From Smithellaceae bacterium (lineage in GTDB: Bacteria > Desulfobacterota > Syntrophia > Syntrophales > Smithellaceae), in assembly GCA_963667845.2 (NCBI GenBank), contig CAXXVL010000002.1:320001-384000 (forward strand): a stretch of DNA of 64,000 nt. The letters run 5' to 3'. The notes under the pieces are model-generated. The model made no database searches. It had not been told where the DNA came from and saw nothing but the letters and a program-made list of their open reading frames with translations. Positions 50,318 to 59,900 of the stretch are shown in pieces (the stretch's first letter is position 1; each line of letters starts with the position of its first letter). The translations under genes and the position numbers were made by a program.

Positions 50318-51374
50318 TCTTGTTCCTCCTCTCTATCTTGGACATGGCTTTAAAATATTCTTCCTCCCGGGTCTTATCGGTAAGCTGGGCGTATCGTCTC
50401 GTCTCTTCTATGGACCGGTGTCCCAGCAATACCTGCAGGCACTCCAGGCGCATGCCGGCATTGAGAAGCTCTGTGGCAAAGGTATGCCTGAGAGCATGAA
50501 GGCTATAACCCTTGTGAGTTAATCCTGCCTTTACTAGATATTTATGAAAGATCATCCAGGCGGCACTGTAGGACATCGTATCCGTTCCCCCAGAGGGGCT
50601 ATAAAAGAGATACTCCTCCCAGGTGTCTCTCTCCTTCAACCATTTCCGCAAAGCAGAAACAGCATCCTCGCTGAGGTAGACCACTCTACCCAAACGGTTT
50701 TTTTCACCTTCGTAAATCTCGATATTCCGTTCCTTAATGTGGACATCCATTACCTTCGTGTTCAGCAGTTCGCCTATCCGCATTCCCGTTCGCAACAGAA
50801 TCAGAATCATGGCCCGGTCTCGCGTGTCTTTAATGACGGAAAGAAACTTCCGCAAATCTTCCGGATCAATGGCTTTAGGCAGCCGTTCCGGTAATCGCAG
50901 TCGTATCCTCCTGCTGAATATATCCGAGGAAACAATCTCTTCCTCCATGAGGTAACGAAGAAAGGCCTGAACGCTCACAAGTTTTGTTCTTATCGTTGTA
51001 ATCTTATTGCCCCTGTCCTGCTCGTGCTCGATAAATGCCTCTATGTCTTTTCGTGTGATTTCTTCAAGGCGTGTCCTGCCGTTATCCCTGATCATGCCAA
51101 CAAAAATGACTATCGCTTCGTAACGGCTGTGCAATGTTCTTGGTTTGCGGTTACGTCTGGTCAGGTAGCGAAGATAACTCTCCACATGTTCCTTCCCCGG
51201 TAAACCCATTCCTGAAAGACGCTTCAGAATCTTGCCAAGGGCTTCTATGTTTTCCTCATGGTGGGATGTGAAACGCAATCTCGTTTGATGATAATCAGGT
51301 GTCTTAACGGCGGGTGAGATTATGCTTTCAGATGATAAATCTGTCTTCTGTACTATACTCTCTATGTGGGTCAT
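50223..51374 (-). CDS. Tyrosine recombinase (XerC/D-like)
   Basis: TGMRIGE, GEKNR, HALRH, LGH, TRRY; catalytic set intact; AGGAGG RBS. Confidence 0.93.
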   Translation of the reverse strand: MTHIESIVQKTDLSSESIISPAVKTPDYHQTRLRFTSHHEENIEALGKILKRLSGMGLPGKEHVESYLRYLTRRNRKPRTLHSRYEAIVIFVGMIRDNGRTRLEEITRKDIEAFIEHEQDRGNKITTIRTKLVSVQAFLRYLMEEEIVSSDIFSRRIRLRLPERLPKAIDPEDLRKFLSVIKDTRDRAMILILLRTGMRIGELLNTKVMDVHIKERNIEIYEGEKNRLGRVVYLSEDAVSALRKWLKERDTWEEYLFYSPSGGTDTMSYSAAWMIFHKYLVKAGLTHKGYSLHALRHTFATELLNAGMRLECLQVLLGHRSIEETRRYAQLTDKTREEEYFKAMSKIERRNKNDDDRHDHELEAVFETEKLLTQYREKLSEHH

Positions 51375-51499
51375 TTCTGCCTCCTTTTCTTAAATCATCA
51401 AGAAAAGCAGATAGATGATGACCAATATTTATTTATCTGTCAAACATCCACTTGGTACGTATAGCAGGAAGTAATCCTAAATCTGATTTAACATTTTTT

Positions 51500-51674
51500 A
51501 CCCCTGATTTATTTTCTTACGTTCATGAGGTCAATCAGGGTACCCTAGCCACCTTATCACTCTGCAAAAAAATATCTTAAAAAACAGTTCTGCCGCAGCT
51601 CCAATCATATTAAGTAGCCCGTCTATCGTATTGCATGAAAACATTTAATACAGGGCATTCTGCCGAGTTAAAAG
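51500..51674. repeat. Diverged ~170-bp direct repeat, copy 2
   Basis: Same conserved blocks and order as 43365-43535. Confidence 0.8.
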
Positions 51675-51788
51675 TCGAGGATTTTACGTCGAAACAGATC
51701 ACATTTGCAGCGGCAACTGCTTACCTTTTAAAAAACTTAATTAATCGAGCTACTCAATGCAGACACGCAATCAAGTTTGACTATTGTT

Positions 51789-52883
51789 TCAGATTATACC
51801 TTCTTCCATGTCATGTTTCGCTGCCCGCTCCATACTGCGTTCCATTTCCCTGCGCTGTGCGTTGCTTATAAAACCGGCCTCATGAACTCTTGAAATATTA
51901 CAATGCGGTTGAGGCACAGGTCTTTTCTTTTTGACTGTTTCATCCTTTTCCTCTTTGATAACTTTCAGCTTGCATGGTGTTGCGATTTTATAACCAAAAC
52001 ATCTAAGCACGGCAATAAAATCACTTACAAATAAATTTCCAAGGAATCGCTGGACAGGCGGTTGTTCACAGAAGACATCAAAATCCTCATCATCGAATTT
52101 GAATAATTCAACAATCTTTCTAATCTCCCGCATATCTGATGAGCATTTATCCAAGTTTGGAAATAGCTCAAGTACAAGAGTGTCGAGCTTTTCAACGAGC
52201 TTTCCATGCTGACGAAGACCGTATTTACTCATGACAGCAGGGAATTTAACGGGTTTCAGTTCTTTAAGTTTTTTTAGGTGAATTTCTTGTTCTTTAAGTT
52301 TCTTTACCTCATTCTTTTTAGCAGCCAAGGAACTTTTGTAAACATTGTGCAAAGATTTATTTCTATCCCTGATCGCTTTAATTTCTTTTTCGAAGCAGTT
52401 TTGCAGGACATGGCGGCATTGACTGACCTTTTCAGCAGTGGTTCCAATCAGTCTTGCGGTGACTTCTCTGGAACTTTCACGTGGGATTGCATCATCAAAT
52501 AAATCACGTTTCGTAGTCGCGAAAATTGATCGTCTATCTCCACCCATTTCATACATTTTGTCTAATTTCTCGACAAGGTGCAGAATATGAGCGTCATCTA
52601 AATTACGCCTGTTCCTTTGGTGATGAAGGGCATATTCCAATGCTGCATCTTCATCTTTAAAATCCAGTTCCTCAACAGGAATAGTTTCCCTGTCGATAAA
52701 CTTAGCCGCACGCAGACGGGTATGTCCGTCAATCACGATGTTACGACCACGCCAAATTGTAATTGGCTTGCTTTCATCATAACCATTATACCGCATGTCG
52801 TCTTTGATGGCGTGATAAATGCGATCGTCCATCTTGAACAGGCTCTTAAAAGGTTCTTCGACTTTTAGTTCCAAAATATTCAT
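51789..52883 (-). CDS. ParB N-terminal (ParB/Srx) domain protein
   Basis: PITIW...VIDGHTRLRAA...QRNRRNL, GGDRRS. Confidence 0.8.
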   Translation of the reverse strand: MNILELKVEEPFKSLFKMDDRIYHAIKDDMRYNGYDESKPITIWRGRNIVIDGHTRLRAAKFIDRETIPVEELDFKDEDAALEYALHHQRNRRNLDDAHILHLVEKLDKMYEMGGDRRSIFATTKRDLFDDAIPRESSREVTARLIGTTAEKVSQCRHVLQNCFEKEIKAIRDRNKSLHNVYKSSLAAKKNEVKKLKEQEIHLKKLKELKPVKFPAVMSKYGLRQHGKLVEKLDTLVLELFPNLDKCSSDMREIRKIVELFKFDDEDFDVFCEQPPVQRFLGNLFVSDFIAVLRCFGYKIATPCKLKVIKEEKDETVKKKRPVPQPHCNISRVHEAGFISNAQRREMERSMERAAKHDMEEGII

Positions 52884-52994
52884 GACTCATTCCTTCCGTC
52901 AATTTCGTAATGAAAACTTCTCTGACAGCTCTCTTTCGATCATTTAAACGAAAATAAGCTGGTAAAAGGGATTCTCCCACGTCTAAGGGCAGGT

Positions 52995-54011
52995 TTAATG
53001 TCTCTTTAAGCCTGTTTTCGAAGGCAGAAAACTTCGATACCTAGTTCTTTCAACAAACATTTGTGTGAAATCTTCTTCAGGGACAACAAACCGTGAGTAA
53101 TTTACAATTCCACTTTTGGATTTCAGATTAACGATTTTTCCCATTAAAGGAAATGCTTCCAGAAGGAACCCAGAGACATAATTCTCAACATGCCGTTCCA
53201 GCAATTCATCATGCATATATTTATTTCTGGATGAATCATTCTTATGCATCCTTCTGCTTTTCCATTTCAGATGGTTAACCAGCTTGTTTTCATCCACGGA
53301 CATAAAGGTGAAAAATCGAAAAGGATTTATTGAATCAATTCTTCTTAACAAAGGATCAATTCTTAATTTTCTCAGGAGTGGTCTTTTCAAAGTAAGTTCA
53401 AGTCGGACAATACGTATATTTCGGTGATCTGGTCTAAGATAGACTTTTAATCCTTTTGATGAAGCCTTGATCTGGTTTGCATAATACGTTGTTAAATATT
53501 TTTCAGACGGTTTTGATCTGGAATTCTTTAACAAGAGATGGGATTTCAAGAAATCATATAATTTTATCCTGTCCCTGCTGGATAAATCATAAAAGTCATA
53601 AGCCAGTTCAATTTTAGACACCTTAAGGTTTATTCCATGATTAATTACCGATGATAGCAATAAGTCGATAATCCCTTTATTAGGATCATGAACAGTAACA
53701 AGAAAAGACGGGACAGCTTCTCCGTTATTTTCAGGTTTCAAATGATAAATAATTTCTACAACAGCAGTATCATCAGGACGTTTATAAGTATTCTTCCATG
53801 AATATTTACCTTTCTTTAATTTATATATTCTAAATCTTTTATAACCAATAGATTCAATAATTCTGAATATAATCTTTTCATCAGCACTTAGATTAGAACT
53901 ATAATCAATCTTGTCTATGTGTTTGCGGATAAATGAATTAGAAAAATAAAATGTGTCTATATGATTATTGCTCGACGTTGTATTTGCTTCTTCAATATTC
54001 AGTGTTGCCAT
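52995..54011 (-). CDS. Putative Rep_trans-like replication initiator/relaxase
   Basis: HIDTFYF, VSKIELAYDF, TTYYAN, LKVYLR, VRLELTLK echo Rep_trans motifs in the expected order; first gene inside the element end. Confidence 0.5.
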   Translation of the reverse strand: MATLNIEEANTTSSNNHIDTFYFSNSFIRKHIDKIDYSSNLSADEKIIFRIIESIGYKRFRIYKLKKGKYSWKNTYKRPDDTAVVEIIYHLKPENNGEAVPSFLVTVHDPNKGIIDLLLSSVINHGINLKVSKIELAYDFYDLSSRDRIKLYDFLKSHLLLKNSRSKPSEKYLTTYYANQIKASSKGLKVYLRPDHRNIRIVRLELTLKRPLLRKLRIDPLLRRIDSINPFRFFTFMSVDENKLVNHLKWKSRRMHKNDSSRNKYMHDELLERHVENYVSGFLLEAFPLMGKIVNLKSKSGIVNYSRFVVPEEDFTQMFVERTRYRSFLPSKTGLKRH

Positions 54012-54178
54012 TTGAGGAATCTCCTCTCTTTTAGATTATAATCCTGTTATTTCATAGACTAATGCGGATTTCTCAGGCTTTTTTGCTTAGAACCTTCGCA
54101 CTGAGAATGTTTTGAATTATTAACTGAATTGTCAGTGAATATTTTAAATCGGAGAGGAATTACTATGTTGTGCTGTTT

Positions 54179-55092
54179 AGAAAGAGAACACCCAAATGGG
54201 CAAGAGATATTTCTCCGGGATGCGGTAATTGACCGCCCCCGACTAAGCCGACGTCGGAAATCGTATGATGAGGTGAGCGGAAAGGCCGCGCGGCTTTGAG
54301 GGTCTCACCTGAACCGAGCATTCCGGCAACGGAAAAAATTTTGGTCACCTCAATGGCTTCTTCAAAGGAGAGATCAGGCAGGATCGTCGGCAACCGCTTG
54401 GCTAACATACTCTTGCCGGAACCGGGCGGACCGATCATCAGCACATTATGGTTTCCCGCGGCAGCAATCTCCAGGGCCCGGAGAGCCTGCTTCTGGCCTT
54501 TGATTTCAGAAAAATCGATGTCATAATGACGATTTTTCCGGAAGAGATCGCGCGTATCCAGACGAAGCGGTGAAATGGTTTGCCTGGCTCCTAAAAATTC
54601 AACGACATCGGGAAGCGTTTTGACGCCGTAAACATTGATGCCGTCCACCATCGCCGCTTCCGCTGCGTTCTCCTCGGGGACAAAAACCGATCCAATGCCC
54701 AACTCACTGGCTTTAAAGGCAGCCGGCAATATTCCCCTCACTCCTTTAATGCTGCCGTCGAGCGACAATTCACCGATAAAGATACAATTCTGCAAAGTGT
54801 TTTCGGCGATCAACTCTTGCGCCGCCAGAATGCCCACTGCAATCGGCAGGTCGAATCCCGTTCCCTCTTTGCGAATATCTGCGGGTGCCAGATTGACCGT
54901 CACATGATCACGTGGAAAAGAGTAACCGGAATTCTTGATCGCTGCTTTGATTCGATCCCGGCTCTCTTTCACGGAGGCATCCGGCAGGCCAACGGTGGCA
55001 AACTGAGGCAAGCCGCGGGATACGTCAACCTCAACCGAAACGGGATAGGATTCCATTCCGATCACGCTTACGCCGAGCACTTTAATGAACAC
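54179..55092 (-). pseudogene. comM: comM, 5' half (apparent ORF ends 54163 in element sequence)
   Basis: [50 protein letters not shown] then breaks. Confidence 0.95.
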
Positions 55093-55271
55093 TTTTTTTC
55101 TCCGAGGAAGAATTTGTGGTAAAAATACTAACTAATCAATGCATTTATATCAAGTTTTTAATTTGTCAAAAAAGGCCCCCGACTTTCTTGACTCACGAAA
55201 GACGGTGTGTTAGGGTCTTCTTAATTGTTTAGGTCCTAATAATCTCACATAGACTAAAGTCAGTTGCCGCC

Positions 55272-55763
55272 ATGAAAAAGCTATCCCACATTGATGATGC
55301 CGGTCAGATTCAAATGGTGGATGTAACCGGCAAAGCGAAAACCGTCCGAAAGGCATCAGCGCGGGGCCGGGTAGAAATGAAAGGTGAAACCCTTCGGCTT
55401 TTGGAAGAAGGCCGGATGGCGAAAGGCAATGTTCTCACAACGGCAAAGATCGCCGGCATCATGGCGGCTAAAAAAACAGGCGAATTTATTCCTCTGTGCC
55501 ATCCCCTGGGCCTGACGGGCATTGATATTGAATTTGTTATTGACCGGGTGAATACTCAAGTCATCATTCAAAGCCAAGTCCAGACCGTTGGACAAACGGG
55601 GGTGGAAATGGAAGCCTTGACGGCAGTGAGCGTTGCCGCTCTGACCATCTATGACATGTGTAAAGCCGTCGACAAAGAAATGATCATCGGCGATATTTTG
55701 CTTCTAAAAAAGAGCGGAGGCAAAAGCGGTACGTTTATCAGAAAAAGCAGCTCTATAAAGTGA
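55272..55763 (+). CDS. moaC: Cyclic pyranopterin monophosphate synthase MoaC
   Basis: MVDV, IPLCHP, TGVEMEAL, IYDMCKAVD, KSGGKSG. Confidence 0.96.
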   Translation: MKKLSHIDDAGQIQMVDVTGKAKTVRKASARGRVEMKGETLRLLEEGRMAKGNVLTTAKIAGIMAAKKTGEFIPLCHPLGLTGIDIEFVIDRVNTQVIIQSQVQTVGQTGVEMEALTAVSVAALTIYDMCKAVDKEMIIGDILLLKKSGGKSGTFIRKSSSIK

Positions 55764-55770
55764 GAGAGCA

Positions 55771-56283
55771 GTGAACCAGATATACAGAATTAAGAAAGCA
55801 TTTACTTTTCCTTTCATCGCCGCAGTTATCCTTTTAGGCGTGCTTCTGGTCTTGAGTCTTTTTAGCGGACAGTCCTGGGAGCGGGTTATTCTGGCGGTTT
55901 TGTTTGCCATATCGGCAGTTGTTGCCGTCGAAGCCTATGAAAGGACGTTTTCCGTCTCCGAAGACGGTTTGCGCATCAGAAAATTTTTCCGAATCAAGAA
56001 TTTTTCCTGGGTGGAAATTACTCACCTGGGCGTTGTTGTCATGCGCAATAAGGCATACTTCCTATTAACAACAACCAAGGGGTTTTACATCTTTTCCAAT
56101 CTTCTCCAGGATCACGCCCTTTTGATCCGGCGGTTGACAGACAAACTCGAAAATGAGAGAGTGGAAGCAGAAGTCAAAACCTATTTGGAGAGTCCCGTCG
56201 AACGGACGTCTCTTATTGTTTTAACCTGGATTGCCCTGATTATTATTGTCGCGATTATCCTGACCAAATTATTTACAGCATAA
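55771..56283 (+). CDS. Hypothetical membrane protein (bacterial PH-like)
   Basis: Three hydrophobic segments; follows moaC. Confidence 0.65.
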   Translation: MNQIYRIKKAFTFPFIAAVILLGVLLVLSLFSGQSWERVILAVLFAISAVVAVEAYERTFSVSEDGLRIRKFFRIKNFSWVEITHLGVVVMRNKAYFLLTTTKGFYIFSNLLQDHALLIRRLTDKLENERVEAEVKTYLESPVERTSLIVLTWIALIIIVAIILTKLFTA

Positions 56284-56362
56284 ATCCACTTGTCATTGTG
56301 AGAATCAGAGCTATTTTAGCAACAGTCATGAAGATGGATTCTAATGCGGGAGTTGCATAATT

Positions 56363-56668
56363 ATGAGAGAGAGAAAACAAAGAAAGCCGGAAGCGGTCAT
56401 TGGCGGTGAAGACACGTGTCATGCAGCCGTCGAGGAAATATTGGAAAAGAAATTGGACGATCTGGCAACGGTTCTATCGACTTCCGACAACGGAAAAAGT
56501 AAACTTCATGAGGAAGTCATGGCCATGGTAGAAAAAGGGCTGTTTAGAATAGCTTTGCGCCGCTCCAGTAACGTGAAGAGCACAGCCGCGGCATATTTGG
56601 GTATTAACCGTAATACGTTTACTGACAAGATGGCGAAGCTGGGTATCGACTGCGAAAAGACAAAATAG
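56363..56668 (+). CDS. Fis-family HTH DNA-binding protein
   Basis: VEKGL..IAL...NVKSTAAAYLGINRNTF..KM. Confidence 0.8.
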   Translation: MRERKQRKPEAVIGGEDTCHAAVEEILEKKLDDLATVLSTSDNGKSKLHEEVMAMVEKGLFRIALRRSSNVKSTAAAYLGINRNTFTDKMAKLGIDCEKTK

Positions 56669-56993
56669 GATACTCGAGCCAATTCAGTCAGGATATTTTT
56701 TTGATCAAATTGCCACCCTCTAAAATATATTATACATGAAGGAACAATTTTTGCACGATCGTCCAGAGCTTGCCGTGAATAGCCGCACGACCTCACGGTG
56801 GTCAGGCTGCTGCGCCGCGGGCGGCATGATCGAAACGCACAGAATGATGATCAAAAGAGAACTTGAACCATCAAAAGAGGAGACCCGCGAAAACGCCGCG
56901 TTGGAGAAATATCGCAAGGGCCATTAATATTTGTTGAAGAATTTACCGCAAGGTGTGGCTAAAACTGTAGAATCCGGGAATTAATAGAAACAA

Positions 56994-59900
56994 ATGTGCA
57001 CCAATCTTTTCCGAAGTCTGAAGAATTTCTTGGGCTTGATTGCCCGATGCAGGGTTTTTATTGGTCTTCATCCTGATCGCATTCAAGCGCCCGCGATTAT
57101 TTTTTTTCCCCTTTTGCAAGGTCAGCTCAATTGCGGCTTTGCAGGCTTGATCACGTGTCGTCTGCAGGAGATCCCTCCAGATCGGTCAGATGATCTGACA
57201 ATCGCCACCCTTTGGGGAAAGATCAAAAAAGCCGGTTTGCAGACGATCCTGTCCGGAGAAAACACCGCAGAGACATTTTTGGACGGCGTCAAGACGGTCC
57301 AGGCCTTAAACGATGCTGTTTTGGAACTCAAACGCGAACAAGCGCAGGAAGTTCTTTTTTTTGAAACCGACCGAGCTGCCTCATTGTCCAAGATTACCGG
57401 AGAAATGAACAAATTTCTCACAACCACAGAAAGAATTCTGGATGATCAGGCCGCCGCCATAAGTTCAGCCGATCTCGAAACGATCAACGGCCGGATGATT
57501 CAACTAAAAGACATCTGCTGGATGCTGGAGAAAGACATACTCGCCAATCTGCAAAAAATCCTGGCACTGACCGGCATCGAGAAGCCTTCAGCAGTGAAGC
57601 CCACCGCATTTCGAAAATACCGCAAGCTCAATCTGCTGCTCAATGCACTGGATCGGCTGGAAGTCAGGGGGCGCGACTCCGCTGGGCTTCAGTTGAATTT
57701 TACACTAAAAAACGGAAAAGAACTGCATACGATCATGCGGCAGATTCAAGCAAACGGCCTGTCCGATGACTTTCAACGGCGTACACAAAAATATGATCTG
57801 CTCAATGGGTCCATTTTCGTTTCCAATGATCGTCCGGACAGCTCCGACGGCGTTAACGTTACCTTTACCTACAAGACATTTTCCATCGTGGGCGAACTGG
57901 GGCGTAATGTGACTGACCTCAGAAAGTCCATTCGCGAAGACCGAATTCTGCATTATTTTGCGGTGGCAGAATCGGCTTGTGAAACAGCGTTGACCCACAC
58001 CCGTTGGGCCTCCGTCGGCTCAATCACAGAATTGAATTGCCACCCGGTAAACAATTTCGCGATCAACTGTCCGCCTTCCGTCTGCCCCTTTTATCCCGGG
58101 AGAGAGGTGCAAATTAACACCGTCCTGAATGGAGACATTGATAACTACCCGGCCCTCCGGGACGCCCTGGAAGCCGACGGCGAACTGATTGCTCCGGAGA
58201 TGACGACCGACACCAAGATTATTCCGCTGCAGATTGAAAAATATCTCAAAGCCGGAAAAGATCTCGCCGAGGCTTTCCGTCTCGCTGTTAATGACTTTGC
58301 AGGGTCGCACGCGATTGTCATGCAAAGCAATCTGGAACCGGGTAAGATGTTTCTGGCGCTCAAAGGCAGCGGGCAGTCCATTTATGTCGGAATCAATGCC
58401 GACCAGTACATGTTTTCTTCAGAATTGTACGGTTTGGTGGAAGTCATGCCGCGTTTTCTCAAGATGAACGGGGAAACGGGCAATGGCACCGGCGGCGGAC
58501 AAATATTTATTTTGGATCAGAATCGCGGCAATGGACTGGCCGGCATTTCCGCCTGTTTTTACAACGGCACAGTCATTAAACTCACGGATAATCTGCTGCA
58601 AACGGCGGAGATCACTACGCGGGATATCGACCGCAGCGACTATCCTCATTATTTCCTCAAGGAAATTTCCGAGTCCGCCCTGTCGATCAGAAGAACACTG
58701 CGCGGGAAATACCGGATCAGCACATCGGGCCGATCCGCGCCTCATGTGACATTTAACTTCGGAGCGGATATGGTCCCCGCTTCCGTGCGCAGAGGTCTCC
58801 AAAAGGGTTCTATCAAGAACATCATTGTCATCGGGCATGGGACGGCCGCCGTCGCCGGACAGGCTGTCGCCGATGCATTATCCCATTACCTTAAAGGGAC
58901 ACCGCTCTATATCGTGCCCCGGATCGCTTCCGAGTTAAGCGGCTTCGGACTGAAAGACGATCTCACGGATACGCTGATCATTCCGATCACGCAATCAGGA
59001 ACGACGACCGATACCAACCGGGCCGTCGCCATGGCCCGCGAGCGAGGGGCTTACATCATTTCCATCGTCAACCGCAGGCAATCCGACATTACGGCGAAAT
59101 CCCATGGCGTATTTTATACAAGCGACGGCCGCGACATCGAAATGTCGGTCGCCTCGACGAAGGCTTTTTATGCCCAGATTATCGCAGGCCAGCTGCTGGC
59201 CCTGTATTTTGCCCAGTTGCTCGGGTCCCGTTCGGACGAAGCTATCGCGGATGCCCTCAGACACCTCGAGTCGGCGCCCCAACAGATGAATCGGCTATTC
59301 GAAAATCGCGACGCAATTGCCGCTTCGGTGAGACAGGCCGTGAGCAAGCGACACTGGGCGGTCGTCGGCAGTGGGCCCAATAAGGCGGCAGCCGACGAGA
59401 TCCGCATCAAACTTTCCGAACTGTGTTACAGAACGATTTCGTCGGACATTGTGGAAAATAAAAAACATATTGACCTGTCCGCCGAACCGCTCATTCTGGT
59501 TTGTGCCTCCGGTAATCCGCAGGCCGTTATGGAGGACGTCGTTAAAGACGTGGCGATTTTCAAAGCCCACAAGGCGACTGTGATCGTTTTTGCGGACGAA
59601 GGCGATCACCGCTTTGATCACGTTGCGGATGCGGTTATCCCCATTCCGGTTGCCCCTGCGCCCCTGCCCGTTATTCTCAACACGATGGCCGGGCACTTAT
59701 GGGGCTACTATGCGGCGCGCGCCATTGACGAAGGCGCCCAAATTCTCCGCGAATTCCGCAGCCGGCTGACCGCGGAGTTAATGGAACGCACAAAAAAATC
59801 CTTATCGATCATTGATATGATCGCCGATACGTCCTTCCGCCGGATCATCAATGAGTTTTATACGGTGTTCAATCAGCACCGCCTGAACGGATCCTTCAGC

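Larger units (their letters stand above)
49337..51471 (-). mobile_element. Nested two-tyrosine-recombinase unit with inverted ends and a 7-bp direct repeat
   Basis: CAGGAAG-CTATACGTACTAA (49337-49356) ... TTGGTACGTATAG-CAGGAAG (51452-51471); second inverted pair TCTGCTTTTCTT 49359 / AAGAAAAGCAGA 51400. Confidence 0.8.
38916..54180 (-). mobile_element. Serine-integrase integrative element (~15.3 kb) inserted in comM
   Basis: comM halves rejoin in frame across a shared CT core (AG at 38916-17 and 54179-80); visibly AT-richer; integrase at one end, Rep/ParB-like genes at the other. Confidence 0.93.

Noticed and set aside
49424..51374. Chromosomal xerC/xerD or a RIT element
   Set aside because: Located inside a mobile element with its own ends; only two genes and no room for a third
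38916..54180. Prophage or ICE
   Set aside because: No capsid, terminase, tail or type IV secretion genes recognised
56700..56990. glmS ribozyme or 63-aa ORF upstream of glmS
   Set aside because: Could not find the ribozyme core motifs; ORF has no recognisable features; left uncalled
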